Source: a virus
IMG/VR virus record: IMGVR_UViG_3300034375_013346
Coordinates: 32,001 to 96,000 of that record
Length of the DNA stretch: 64,000 nucleotides
Reading direction: 5' to 3' (one strand)
Part shown: positions 53,895 to 64,000 of the stretch, piece by piece
How positions within the stretch are numbered: position 1 is the first letter of the stretch
Layout of the letters: the number at the start of each line of letters is the position of its first letter
Position numbers and translations under genes: made by a program
The notes under the pieces: model-generated
Database searches by the model: none
Seen by the model: only the letters and a program-made list of their open reading frames with translations
What the model was told of the DNA's origin: nothing

Positions 53895-55583
53895 TTAAAT
53901 AGCCACTCCACCGCCGCCGCCAGGAACAAATATCTCAGCACCACTAATCTGAAGCCATCCGGCAGCGACATTCTCGGAATCAGCCCAAGCTTCGTAAAAA
54001 CAAGAATTATTTCCTGATATGAAAGTCAATCTTATCCTTTTACAGCCTTTCTTCAGCGGATTAATTCCATCAGCGTAGTTGTCCGGGATTGAAATATAAG
54101 CCTTATTCAGAGTTCCTGCTGATATTGCCCTTATACCACCAAATGATCTATTGGCATCATTTACCAGATATTCAATGGTCCTGTATTTTCCAGTCGTGTA
54201 ATTAATCCAGGAGTAGCTGCTACCTATACTGAGGTAAAACCTACCTTTCCTCCCATCCGCAAATATCAAAGAAGGAGAAGTGGCTATTGCTGCTGGTTCT
54301 ATGACTACCACATCTTCATTAGCAGCCACCGAAACATAATGGTAAGACTGACCGGAAAGGGTAAATGTCTGAGTGAAGGGGCTCGTAACAAGCTGGGTAT
54401 ATCTAGTTAGGGTTCCACCAGTAATACCAGAAGCTCCAGTTCGGGATCCAATCTGAAAAGCGTCTCCCATGGATCTTACCATGAAAGACTGCTCCCTGCT
54501 ATGGCCAACCTGCGGAATGGTACCATCACCGCCTACTGCTATACCTCTACCTCCAGTGGTCCCAGCAAGGTAAGCTTGCGTCAAGTCAGCAACAGCATTA
54601 TATGGGGTTCCTGATAAATTAACACTTATACCCTTACTGTGGTTGGTATTGTATCCTCTAAAGGCTTGATAGATTGAGCCGTAAAAAGGTATCAGATTTC
54701 TGTTACTAAAAGCAATATCAGGAGTAAGTCCGGAGTTTCCGCTAAAGCTCAGAGAAAACTCTGCAGAATTTGTTCTTAGATTTGACGATTCAATGTTTAC
54801 ATTTCCTGAGAATGCATAGAGCTGTAAGTTAGTTCCAGTAGCACCAAGTTCAATAGAGCCAGAAGATTTTACATTTAGCAAATTGTTGCTCTGGGCGGTC
54901 ACATTAGACCCAGTTGATCCAATGGACACCGAGCTACCTGCATATCTACTAAGATTCGGATTCTTCCATACCAGGGAATAGTCAGAACTAGACGATGACG
55001 CCCAGTAAAAACCCGCTATATTACTTCTATCAGCAAATGGCTTATCCATACCGAAGATTGGGGATGAAGAATTAGCAGTAGAAATAAGAAGTTTAGCAAA
55101 ATTAGGATTAATATCCCCGGTGGTACCCTCCGAATCGGAAATAACCATGTATTTGTCTCCCGGAGATGAATTTATGACTACCGCATTATCTTCCACAGAT
55201 CCAGCGGGACCAGATATTTCAGTCAAGGTACCAAAAATACCCGTGGTTTGTATAGTTTCTCCGGTGTAAACCCAATCAGTTGTATATTGGTAAACCTTCT
55301 GTCCTCCCGTAATTCCCAGGTTTATCCAGATATCACCAGCCTGTGATATGACAGCAGATGGTTGATCTGGCGAGAAGTACCAATTTGCTGCTCTATCCCC
55401 GGTAGAACCTTGGGATCCATCTTCACCGGCTTGACCTATAATACCAGTAGCACCTATGGCTCCATCTGGTCCCATTTCACCTACTCCATTGAAATAAACT
55501 TGATTGAAATTCTGGTTTAGCTTGGACAACAAAACGTCTTTAGAATCTCCAGGTAAGATATATTTCGTATTAAATTGAGACAT
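53895..55583 (-). CDS. Tail fibre-like protein with short collagen segment
   Basis: KLNQNF, Gly-X-Y repeats, GDIW; paralogous to 55602-57125. Confidence 0.7.
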   Translation of the reverse strand: MSQFNTKYILPGDSKDVLLSKLNQNFNQVYFNGVGEMGPDGAIGATGIIGQAGEDGSQGSTGDRAANWYFSPDQPSAVISQAGDIWINLGITGGQKVYQYTTDWVYTGETIQTTGIFGTLTEISGPAGSVEDNAVVINSSPGDKYMVISDSEGTTGDINPNFAKLLISTANSSSPIFGMDKPFADRSNIAGFYWASSSSSDYSLVWKNPNLSRYAGSSVSIGSTGSNVTAQSNNLLNVKSSGSIELGATGTNLQLYAFSGNVNIESSNLRTNSAEFSLSFSGNSGLTPDIAFSNRNLIPFYGSIYQAFRGYNTNHSKGISVNLSGTPYNAVADLTQAYLAGTTGGRGIAVGGDGTIPQVGHSREQSFMVRSMGDAFQIGSRTGASGITGGTLTRYTQLVTSPFTQTFTLSGQSYHYVSVAANEDVVVIEPAAIATSPSLIFADGRKGRFYLSIGSSYSWINYTTGKYRTIEYLVNDANRSFGGIRAISAGTLNKAYISIPDNYADGINPLKKGCKRIRLTFISGNNSCFYEAWADSENVAAGWLQISGAEIFVPGGGGGVAI

Positions 55584-55601
55584 CAGATTTCTTTTTAGGT
55601 A

Positions 55602-57125
55602 TTATGTTACAGAGATAATTCCAGCGTCCCCCTGGTCGTTATTATAGAATATGGACAGATCAGAAGAAGTGGTACCTCTATAAAGAACCAGATCAACATA
55701 GACCGCTCCTGAGCTGAAAGCCACGCTATCAAAATTAATACCACTTGCCCCTGGGTTTTGCCCTGACACAGACCCAGATTTAACTACATAAAGGCCGTTT
55801 ATTTTCTGAGCACCTGTACCTGGATATACAATTCTAAGCTGCATGGCTGTATCGGGATTAAGATAATCACCCCAAGAGTCAGTGAGTCCGGCGGCATTAA
55901 AAACCAGATATGCAACAGACCCAGTACCAGGGTTGAGGTCAACCTGCAAGAAGTTACCATTGTTTGCTCTGGTATAACCTATGAGCCACTGGTTATTTGT
56001 TCCTCCTCCTCCGGCACTACCATAAGCATTACCAGAATTTCCAGTAAATGTGGATGTTCCCTGTATCATTTTACTCCCCTCTATTCTTCCATCCGCTCTT
56101 ACTCCGAAGTATCTTGTTCCTGAAACCTTAAGATCCAATAAGTAAGAGGTGGTAGAAGTGGTATAGACATCAACAAATAAGCCACCGCCAACGGTGCCCG
56201 TGCTGGTGTTAATTATCTCCATAACATAATTATTAGAAGGTGCATTAACCGTTACTGGACAATTAGTTACAAGATTACCAAGTCCTATGTAGAGGTTACT
56301 GGAATTAACAGTAAACACGCTCGCCTCACCGAAGATACTACCATTAGTGGATTGAAACTTCATAATCGATCCCGAAGTGAAAGTTGTGGAACCAGCGGAC
56401 GTGATGTTTAGATCTCCATTGGTACTCAAGAGATCCAGGGATCCTCCTGACTGGAGGGTAAGGGAATCTTGAGGAACCGTGAATAATAAATCATATGTTG
56501 TTCCTACTGGTGTTAACCATCTAAATTGCGGATGTCGATTATAATCTGCTGGGGTTCCGATACCGGATGCATTGGTTTTAGCAAATTCAACCAGAGGATA
56601 ATCATTAGCACCGTTTGTCGAAATAAGAAGCTTAGAATAAGTAGGATTTGCAGTGGTAGTTGTGGATATGGAATCGCTCAGAACCATCGTAGTTTTATCG
56701 GGGAATGGCGTACTAAAAACTATCGCATCTTTATTTCCAGTTGGTCCTGATATACCCTCTACTAGCTTAAATGATTCCTGAGCCTTTAGGGTTTCCCCCG
56801 TATCAACCCAGCCAGAACTACTATATTGGAAAATCTTATTATCCTGTAGAGGATCCGCCCAATAGTCGCCGACAATTATAGGGTCTGATACTCCACCAAG
56901 AGGCTCAGTACTTTGAATAAACCATTTCGTTCCCCTAGTTCCTTGTTGCCCAGGATCTCCCTTAGGACCAGCAGCACCCACAGGACCCTGAGGACCAGTT
57001 TTACCTCTGATACCTTGAGGTCCACCTCCATTGGAGACTATGGAATCGAAGTTGTTATTAACCTTCCTAATTATATCTTCCTGTGAATCTCCCTGGTTAA
57101 GGTTCGATATATTCAAATTCGGCAT
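55602..57125 (-). CDS. Tail fibre-like protein with short collagen segment
   Basis: KVNNNF, GPQGIRGKTGPQGPVGAAGPKGDPGQQGTRG, GDYW; AATATATA at 57146-57153. Confidence 0.72.
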   Translation of the reverse strand: MPNLNISNLNQGDSQEDIIRKVNNNFDSIVSNGGGPQGIRGKTGPQGPVGAAGPKGDPGQQGTRGTKWFIQSTEPLGGVSDPIIVGDYWADPLQDNKIFQYSSSGWVDTGETLKAQESFKLVEGISGPTGNKDAIVFSTPFPDKTTMVLSDSISTTTTANPTYSKLLISTNGANDYPLVEFAKTNASGIGTPADYNRHPQFRWLTPVGTTYDLLFTVPQDSLTLQSGGSLDLLSTNGDLNITSAGSTTFTSGSIMKFQSTNGSIFGEASVFTVNSSNLYIGLGNLVTNCPVTVNAPSNNYVMEIINTSTGTVGGGLFVDVYTTSTTSYLLDLKVSGTRYFGVRADGRIEGSKMIQGTSTFTGNSGNAYGSAGGGGTNNQWLIGYTRANNGNFLQVDLNPGTGSVAYLVFNAAGLTDSWGDYLNPDTAMQLRIVYPGTGAQKINGLYVVKSGSVSGQNPGASGINFDSVAFSSGAVYVDLVLYRGTTSSDLSIFYNNDQGDAGIISVT

Positions 57126-57169
57126 GTTGAAATCTTATCTTTGTTTATATATTCCAAATTTAACTGTCA

Positions 57170-60100
57170 TCAAATTTTCTCAATCTGGAATGTAAATGTT
57201 GTTGAATAATTGCTGCCAGCCTCCAGGGGTAACTCAAATGTGTACGAGAGCGAATTCCTCCTGGTTAAACGGTAATTATCGTTTAGATAATAGCGATACC
57301 TTACCCTATCCGGATTTATCAAATCACCCCTTAATAGTATCTCAGTGGAGGATAAATCAGTACCTGTTTTTTTAACATACATATCGAATGTTATCCCCTG
57401 ATATATCGGGGCTATATTGTTATCGATGTAAGCATTAATATCATCCTCGATACTGTTAGGATCACCCACGCCATACTCGGAAATGATATTATCAACGAAA
57501 ACTTTATCTATACCCGCATTGAGCAAATACCTTCTGAGTATTCTATCCAATCTAATAGATCCCACGAGCTTATTATTAAGATCATCCTTCTGCCAGAAAA
57601 CCTCAACATCCGGGTATATTCCTTCATCCACAGATTGTAAATCCACACTACTAAAAGCAGTTCCCAACTGACCTACGCCTTTATTGGAATTGGAAGGACC
57701 GATATTCTGTATCTGGGAAACCGAAGCTCTGGCATTATCATTTATGAGTTGTATATCAGTAGATCCCGAGATCCTAGATATTTCCAAAGTAATGAAGGTG
57801 TAAGATGTTATTAAGTAAGGGGTCTGCATCATTTTCGATCCAAGGAAAGATTTATTTTCCCTCATAGATCTGGTGCCAGCAACTGGTGTCTGAGTTGTGG
57901 AATTGGAATAAAGGTTATAATATCCAGGGTCCCAAGAGGACAGAAATATGGAGAAGTTTTTCCTATCTATGGGGGTTTGTCCAATTAGGGGATAAACAGG
58001 ACCGCTAGGGAGTTCTTCAGATGCACTCAGAATGTTACTTCCTCTATCTACCTTGCTATAATTAAGATTCTTTAATAGTCCGAAATCTTTTTTCTCTGGG
58101 GCAAATGTGCAGTTTCTATAAGATAGATCAGCAGCTGTATATCCGGTAACCGTATCACCCTTGTCTCCCTTATACCTGATCACTTTATCAAATAGCGGCT
58201 CATAGGAGCCAGCATATCTTAATATATCGGATGCATATGATCGGCCTCCGTCAGATATACGATATCCAGTTGGTTCAGTTTGTCCTAAAGTTTGTGGACC
58301 TGCATAGGACTTTATCGGGGCAAGCCCGGAGTTCCTTAAAAAAGAAGTGGGCTTTTCGAGACGCATAAGAAAGTTATTGGATCTTGACTTTGTTGATAAT
58401 GTATCCTCGTCCCAGTAGTATGTTGTGTATGAGATGTATTGACTTTCAGAATTTACTCTCTCCGATATTTGGGAAAGGGAGATTCTTCTCATTATATAAG
58501 CCATATTATTGACCCCCCCACCAATCTGGAAAACTGGGTTGCCTCGATAAGTACTTTGAGAACCAATCGGAACCGTAGCAGGACTGCTAAAAGCAAAAGG
58601 GATATCAAATTCATAATTGGTGCCTATAGGACCAAAAGACACAAGATTTTTAGATCTCCCTATCGGCCAAGGATACTTACTGGAAATAGCTGGAACGTCG
58701 AAACTTCCAGGGCCGGTTAAACCAAGAGATCCAGTTCCTCCCACAGGGTAGATAAGGTTTATCTCCTCTCTTAGATCGGTATCGTAAGATTGATTTGGTA
58801 TTATGTAGATAAACCCGGGATTTGTCGTTTCCGTCACGGAGCTCGGAGATACCACGGAGAGATCCAAGGCTGAACTTAGTTTTACATCACTTAGTCCATA
58901 AAGTTGAAGCCCGCCGGCGACTCCTGCGGTTACGCCTATCTGCAAATCCTTCTTTTTATCAACCATACTGTATAATAATGTATAGTCAACAAAAGCACCA
59001 GTAGGTCCGGGATCATTTAAATTAAATGCTCTATAGTCATTTACGACAATATTGCATATAAAGAGTATCGACTTCTGCTGGGTATTTTCTATGAATTCAT
59101 AACTGACCGGAGACTGTATAGTATCAGGCGTCTCGTCGACTACTCTCAGGACTGCAGAAAATTTATAATCCTCAAAACCCCTGTAATTGGAGATAAATTT
59201 CTCAGAATCAGTAGTTGGATTAGCTACATTACTCTTCCTTTTTAAAGACATCTTTACCCCTCTAAACACAGTATCGTAATATCCTGTGGCCTGATTATAG
59301 AAAAAAGGTGTGAAAAGCTCCTTTGTGAAGTTATCTCCAGAATTGTAGGGTGATGGATAATCAAGACTATCCACAGTGAAGAAAGACGAGAAATAAAGAT
59401 AATCGCTTGGGTCCGCACTCTGAATTAAATCCAGATCGACAGCACCAGGTAGATAATTCCTCTGGTCATTTATTTTATCTACGGGATACCCAGGAGGTAT
59501 ACCTTCAAGTAGCATCCATTCGTGGGTAAGATACTTAGGATCCGGGATTTCCCTCTCGAAACTCGGAGAAAAATTAGTGGGGCTAAAAGCTGGAGATACG
59601 TTCAATCTGTAAGAATTTCCTCTAGCGTCGGTTCCACCAAAATACCCCCATTTATTGATATACGGGACTATTTTAGATCTATTAGCCCTCCTCTGCGTGT
59701 AATTCTCTCTCAGGTATTCATACTCACTCTCTAGTTTTCCATATTCAAATAGAGCGCCCTTATTTTCATCAGATGGAACTTGTTCATCCGAATCTATAGA
59801 TTGAATACCATAAAATCCATCAAAAGCATCTAGATTTTCCTCAAATTTAATGGAGCCAACATCATAAATAGTACTAGGATTATCCCAGAAGACCTGGGTA
59901 AAAATGGCAGGAACTACAACCGAAGGAGTCCCGTCTATAGCTATCCCCTCGTCGTAAAAGATACTAACAGATGAACCTATAAAAGCAGATCCTGAGCCTA
60001 AAACCCTTTCGGACGGCAGTCCCCGATCAACCCTAACAGATCCTTTCATCACCAAATATTTGGCATTCTCCACTATCTGTCCGGAGACTCCCGGAATAAG

Positions 60101-62695
60101 GTCAAAATATCTGTGGTATTCCCCGGTAGGTGTTTGTCCATAGGAAGAACTCCAAAGATCGAAATCAAGAGTCTTAAGATCAAAGAATGAAAATACACCG
60201 CTATAAGATTTAGCTACATCAAAAACCTTAAATCTAGAATCACTACCCAGATCTATCTTGATCTTCTGATTACTAAGATTAGCAACCAATAGGTCCTGGA
60301 ATCCACCAAAACCAGTTACAGTTCCCGAGGATGTAATGGGATCTTCAACGTATCTTGATATTGACTCAATCATACCTATTCCTCCAGTAACTCCAGTTCC
60401 CTCGTCTACCTCTATCCAGTAGTCTTTTTTAACCTTATCTGAGTCGTCTATACTAAAGGCCACACGACATAATGGATAATCAGTTCCACCTGAGAAATAA
60501 ACAACTCCATTAGTTTCGGAAGCATCTACGCCTCCTATTTTGACGTATCCCTCACTACTGAAAGTCGAATATGGAGACCAATCGTTGGAATCTACATTAG
60601 GGGGATTATTAGGAGATGATGATGTAGCTGATGGTATACCGGTAGATTCCGTAACCTCATAATATTTTCCTGCATAGAAAACTATGTCACCTAGAGAGAA
60701 AGCGGATGTCCCATTCCAAACACCAGCATAGGAGCTATTAAATGAATCATAGTCCTCGTACAGAACTATAGAAAAATTCCTATTTAGGGAATATCCGGAA
60801 GATTTAGAGGCAATCACAACCGAATTATCTGAGGTTGCACAATCCCAGACAGAGGTATCTATCGACTTTACACATTCAGCAAAAGAGTCTGCAAAGTCGG
60901 TTTTTTTCCCGTCCATCCAATTGAAGTAATGGTAATCTCCAGAGTTATAAGCCTTCCCTTTACCCCATCCGAGAACGCTACCAGAAAAGTTCCCGCTTCG
61001 TATTAGATCATACCTCCCGCTATCTTCTGAATATGTGCCGTTGGGCCAAAATATCTTAAAAACAACCTCGGAGGGTAAATCAAGTTTTTTTAGAAATTCC
61101 ACATAGGAATTAGCTTTACCCCTAGTCCTGGGTAAAATTCCTGCATAATTTCCTATAAGCTCGTCCGCCCCAGTAAAGTTAGACAAATTCACAGATTTAT
61201 CAAAAACAACCAAGCTACCAGTACTTGCACCAGTATTACCCGTTATCCCAAAATCCCCATTGTAATAGGGACCATATTTGGCATATTCGGGAGTGTTATT
61301 ACTCCATGTTTTATTAGAAGAAATATAGTTCTCTGTCCTTTTTAGAGAATAAAATTTATCTCTTTTGTCCGTGATATAGTATAACTTCTGAGGATCATTT
61401 ACGTTAACATCATAGGAACCCGGTATCCATCCACTGGCGCCTTCATAATATAATCTAACCCCACCGGTACTGCTCTGGAACTGTGGCTTATTATTATAGT
61501 AGTAACCCGTATTATTTCTAGAAGGCTTAGGAAGATTCAGGTTATTGTTAGCGTCTTTGAACCTATAAAAATAATCACCATTCAGCCTAAATTCACCCAG
61601 GTCATTACGGGAAACATAAAATCCAAAATACCTATTTATAGTATAGAGATCGGAATCCTGGTCATTGAAAAGAAACTCCAAATTTAGGAGTGATGGTGAT
61701 ATGATCCCATTTCTAGAAAACCCAGAGGTTACATAATCTTCAAAATCCGACTGAATCATAGAATTAGGAGAGGAGAGATAATCATAGTAAAACTCACCAG
61801 ACCTGGTATAAACTCCATCTTTAATCGATACCCCATTATAATAGGTATACGTATTATTCTCAAGGGAAAAATCTATGGGGTTGTACTTAAATCCTGGATC
61901 ATTCACTATACCACGGATATAGCTTCCTATAAGTGTATCCTCCCTTAAGTCAAAGGTGGCTACTACAGAGCAATTTGGCAAAATCTTGCTGTTAAAAAAT
62001 TCCTCCACATTATCAACATCAGGCTGATATTTTAGCTCTGTCATTTCAACTACCTTTCCAGTCCCAGAAAGAACGGAGTACGTGGGGTAGTTATCAACAC
62101 CAGTAAACATGTCATCAGCTACATAAGATATAGGATCACCGAAGTTATCGATCGAGTATGATATGGAAAAAGTCTGTGGGGAATCCGGGTCCTGCACAAG
62201 CTTGTATTCCTTTCCTACAACTATTGTCTCCTGGTTAGTGCTGTATGGATATGAGAGGGGTTCAGGAACCTTGAAGACAACAAAGAATTCCGGAAGCTCC
62301 TTCCTTAACCAAAGGGGCTGGAAATATCTAAAATTCTCGGTATAATTCCTATCTATTAAAGTGGAAGCACCCGATCCATAAAAGAAATCATACTGCAGAT
62401 CAAAGTTATCTACCGCTTTATTCTCACCGTCAGTAAACTTACCAACTTCAAAGATTATATCATTAGGAACCGCCCCTTCCTCGAAAAAATTATAAACATC
62501 CTTAGCGTATGGAAGATTACCAGTTACCTGATATTTCTTAAACCTTTGGGAGCTAAGGGTCGGGTTAGCATTAAATGAATTTAACCACACTCCCCCGGTG
62601 GAATCTAAAGTGATCTTGAGATTCCCAGTCAGGAGAGGATTGGTTCTAAGAACCCCGAAGGATGTATTATAGTCAAAGAGTTTTGGTGAAGACAT
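57170..62695 (-). CDS. Very large structural protein (baseplate/tail)
   Basis: 1841 aa; LRTNPLLTGNLKI N-terminus; aromatic segment W.G...F..GD.V.Y.GKYY.V resembling a carbohydrate-binding module. Confidence 0.65.
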   Translation of the reverse strand: MSSPKLFDYNTSFGVLRTNPLLTGNLKITLDSTGGVWLNSFNANPTLSSQRFKKYQVTGNLPYAKDVYNFFEEGAVPNDIIFEVGKFTDGENKAVDNFDLQYDFFYGSGASTLIDRNYTENFRYFQPLWLRKELPEFFVVFKVPEPLSYPYSTNQETIVVGKEYKLVQDPDSPQTFSISYSIDNFGDPISYVADDMFTGVDNYPTYSVLSGTGKVVEMTELKYQPDVDNVEEFFNSKILPNCSVVATFDLREDTLIGSYIRGIVNDPGFKYNPIDFSLENNTYTYYNGVSIKDGVYTRSGEFYYDYLSSPNSMIQSDFEDYVTSGFSRNGIISPSLLNLEFLFNDQDSDLYTINRYFGFYVSRNDLGEFRLNGDYFYRFKDANNNLNLPKPSRNNTGYYYNNKPQFQSSTGGVRLYYEGASGWIPGSYDVNVNDPQKLYYITDKRDKFYSLKRTENYISSNKTWSNNTPEYAKYGPYYNGDFGITGNTGASTGSLVVFDKSVNLSNFTGADELIGNYAGILPRTRGKANSYVEFLKKLDLPSEVVFKIFWPNGTYSEDSGRYDLIRSGNFSGSVLGWGKGKAYNSGDYHYFNWMDGKKTDFADSFAECVKSIDTSVWDCATSDNSVVIASKSSGYSLNRNFSIVLYEDYDSFNSSYAGVWNGTSAFSLGDIVFYAGKYYEVTESTGIPSATSSSPNNPPNVDSNDWSPYSTFSSEGYVKIGGVDASETNGVVYFSGGTDYPLCRVAFSIDDSDKVKKDYWIEVDEGTGVTGGIGMIESISRYVEDPITSSGTVTGFGGFQDLLVANLSNQKIKIDLGSDSRFKVFDVAKSYSGVFSFFDLKTLDFDLWSSSYGQTPTGEYHRYFDLIPGVSGQIVENAKYLVMKGSVRVDRGLPSERVLGSGSAFIGSSVSIFYDEGIAIDGTPSVVVPAIFTQVFWDNPSTIYDVGSIKFEENLDAFDGFYGIQSIDSDEQVPSDENKGALFEYGKLESEYEYLRENYTQRRANRSKIVPYINKWGYFGGTDARGNSYRLNVSPAFSPTNFSPSFEREIPDPKYLTHEWMLLEGIPPGYPVDKINDQRNYLPGAVDLDLIQSADPSDYLYFSSFFTVDSLDYPSPYNSGDNFTKELFTPFFYNQATGYYDTVFRGVKMSLKRKSNVANPTTDSEKFISNYRGFEDYKFSAVLRVVDETPDTIQSPVSYEFIENTQQKSILFICNIVVNDYRAFNLNDPGPTGAFVDYTLLYSMVDKKKDLQIGVTAGVAGGLQLYGLSDVKLSSALDLSVVSPSSVTETTNPGFIYIIPNQSYDTDLREEINLIYPVGGTGSLGLTGPGSFDVPAISSKYPWPIGRSKNLVSFGPIGTNYEFDIPFAFSSPATVPIGSQSTYRGNPVFQIGGGVNNMAYIMRRISLSQISERVNSESQYISYTTYYWDEDTLSTKSRSNNFLMRLEKPTSFLRNSGLAPIKSYAGPQTLGQTEPTGYRISDGGRSYASDILRYAGSYEPLFDKVIRYKGDKGDTVTGYTAADLSYRNCTFAPEKKDFGLLKNLNYSKVDRGSNILSASEELPSGPVYPLIGQTPIDRKNFSIFLSSWDPGYYNLYSNSTTQTPVAGTRSMRENKSFLGSKMMQTPYLITSYTFITLEISRISGSTDIQLINDNARASVSQIQNIGPSNSNKGVGQLGTAFSSVDLQSVDEGIYPDVEVFWQKDDLNNKLVGSIRLDRILRRYLLNAGIDKVFVDNIISEYGVGDPNSIEDDINAYIDNNIAPIYQGITFDMYVKKTGTDLSSTEILLRGDLINPDRVRYRYYLNDNYRLTRRNSLSYTFELPLEAGSNYSTTFTFQIEKI

Positions 62696-62715
62696 ATTTT
62701 TCCCTTTATCCTATC

Positions 62716-64000
62716 TTATCCAATAATCCGTGAGGAAGTAAAGTTTGGAGAAGAAAGGGTATCATTTTTATATTTTCCGGTAACTTCAACGTCAAATGAG
62801 AATGGACTCTGGTTTTTAACCTGTATATCTATCCCCGCTTTTTTAGTGTATGTAATATTAGTTGGGTTACCATCAGCTCTAAATCCTCCTATATTACCAA
62901 GAGCATCCGTAGCTCTAAATTGAAATATGAGAGGTACATTTATGGAACCGGAAGAATCCGCTATATTCTTGGTAGCTAGTTGTGTTGACCCCTCGACCTG
63001 GATAAGAGATGCAGTTGGTGGTCCAAGAAAGAGGTAAGCACCACAAGTGTATCTCCCGATTAGATATAAATCATCCTCAGTAAATCCTAATTTCTGTGGG
63101 TACATACCATCATCTCTAACTGAAGCTGTTGGGCCAGTCACAAAATCTTCAGAGACTTCCTGATACCCTAGCTGCATAAAGTTACTTGGTAGAGTTGTGT
63201 CGACATAGAAATAATCAGATTGCCTGAAATACGGGTAAACTACCACATCGTTACTAAAATCTGGTTTAACTAGATTTTCAAAATCTATTCCAGAGCCGGT
63301 ATTTAGAATAGGGTGATTCTTATGTATACAGAACTCCGAAAGTGTTCCATTGCCAGCTGGGGTGTATGATCCGGTACTTCCGCTATATGTTCCATTCCAA
63401 ACGTTAGCATTCGTACCAGAAGCTGTGGGGACTGAAGCAACCACGGGATCGAAGGGCAAAAGCTGGCTTCCATTCCTAGGTAAACCGTCCGTGTCCCCAG
63501 TATATGCATATGAAGAATTAAAAGCGGATGGCTGGATATAGAGGTCGTTGTCTAGACCTACACTCCTCCATCTGGGATATAAATACTGGCTACTCGAATT
63601 ACCCGAAGCATACGGTGGTGCCTGCCTGAATAATTGAAAAGAGGTATCAGTAGCCAGGGATGAACCTGGAACAACAATGTCCGACGGATTGAGTGATGTG
63701 ATGGATATAGGAACCTCACCATATCTTAAATTTGTGCTGTATCCGGAAGGAAGAGGATAAGTACTATCAGTTCCTGCCAAAACACTTAATCCACCGGGCA
63801 AAATGGAGGAAAGTTCCAGCACACCCGCAGAAGAATTACTGATCCGGATCTCATAGATAGAGGAAGCTATTTTACCAGCGTCCCCACCAGCTGTAGTTGG
63901 TGTTTCATATATCTGATTATAGAAACCTCCACTAATCTTGATAGTCGATCCATTCTCCACAATCTGAGAATTACCCGACGAGTCAACAATTGAGACCTCC
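62716..64000 (-). CDS. Structural protein, truncated at the right window edge
   Basis: Frame stays open upstream of 63960 to the edge (EVSIVDSSGNSQIVENG); YLIGRYTCGAYLF. Confidence 0.65.
   Translation of the reverse strand, partial: EVSIVDSSGNSQIVENGSTIKISGGFYNQIYETPTTAGGDAGKIASSIYEIRISNSSAGVLELSSILPGGLSVLAGTDSTYPLPSGYSTNLRYGEVPISITSLNPSDIVVPGSSLATDTSFQLFRQAPPYASGNSSSQYLYPRWRSVGLDNDLYIQPSAFNSSYAYTGDTDGLPRNGSQLLPFDPVVASVPTASGTNANVWNGTYSGSTGSYTPAGNGTLSEFCIHKNHPILNTGSGIDFENLVKPDFSNDVVVYPYFRQSDYFYVDTTLPSNFMQLGYQEVSEDFVTGPTASVRDDGMYPQKLGFTEDDLYLIGRYTCGAYLFLGPPTASLIQVEGSTQLATKNIADSSGSINVPLIFQFRATDALGNIGGFRADGNPTNITYTKKAGIDIQVKNQSPFSFDVEVTGKYKNDTLSSPNFTSSRIIG

Noticed and set aside
1-64000. Most short plus-strand ORFs in the track
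   Set aside because: They are antisense shadows of well-supported minus-strand genes and have no motifs; only 6699, 30745, 31081 and the manually found 13615 were kept
1-64000. Bacterial chromosome or eukaryotic giant virus origin
   Set aside because: Host-like genes (clpP, dnaJ, adk, nrdAB) are interleaved with gp32, gp61, UvsW, gp39/52 and tail genes typical of T4-like phages
1-64000. Stop-codon reassignment as in some huge phages
   Set aside because: Conserved genes are full length under code 11, and TAA, TAG and TGA all end genes at sensible positions

Overview
64 kb segment of a large T4-like (jumbo/huge) myophage, gene-dense and almost entirely on the minus strand, consistent with standard genetic code 11. 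The host is probably Bacteroidota, inferred from DUF2452-, DUF4494- and Hc1-like genes and A-rich leaders without Shine-Dalgarno sites. All family calls are from motif recognition, not database searches. Replication core: family B DNA polymerase split into two genes 19 kb apart, gp45-like clamp, gp39/gp52 topoisomerase II, gp61 primase, gp32 SSB, UvsW/UvsY, RuvC-like resolvase, NrdAB and a dimeric dUTPase/dCTPase. Also present: proteostasis genes (ClpP, DnaJ, Hsp20, thioredoxin), DNA repair (UvsE, HhH glycosylase), lysis candidates, many glycan genes and a structural/tail block at the right end. Most notable: (1) a translationally coupled five-gene cassette (BcbE-like sugar nucleotidyltransferase, cupin, form IV RuBisCO-like protein, GDPD-like phosphodiesterase, putative glycosyltransferase) between the resolvase and gp32; (2) a TROVE/Ro60-like gene followed by two unannotated end-paired RNA-like elements sharing CAGCAAACTTT; (3) a recurrent N-terminal motif resembling the T4 capsid-targeting sequence on about a dozen proteins, including enzymes, mostly downstream of a GATA[T/A]ATA late-promoter motif; (4) a late operon carrying three different nucleotidyltransferase folds.
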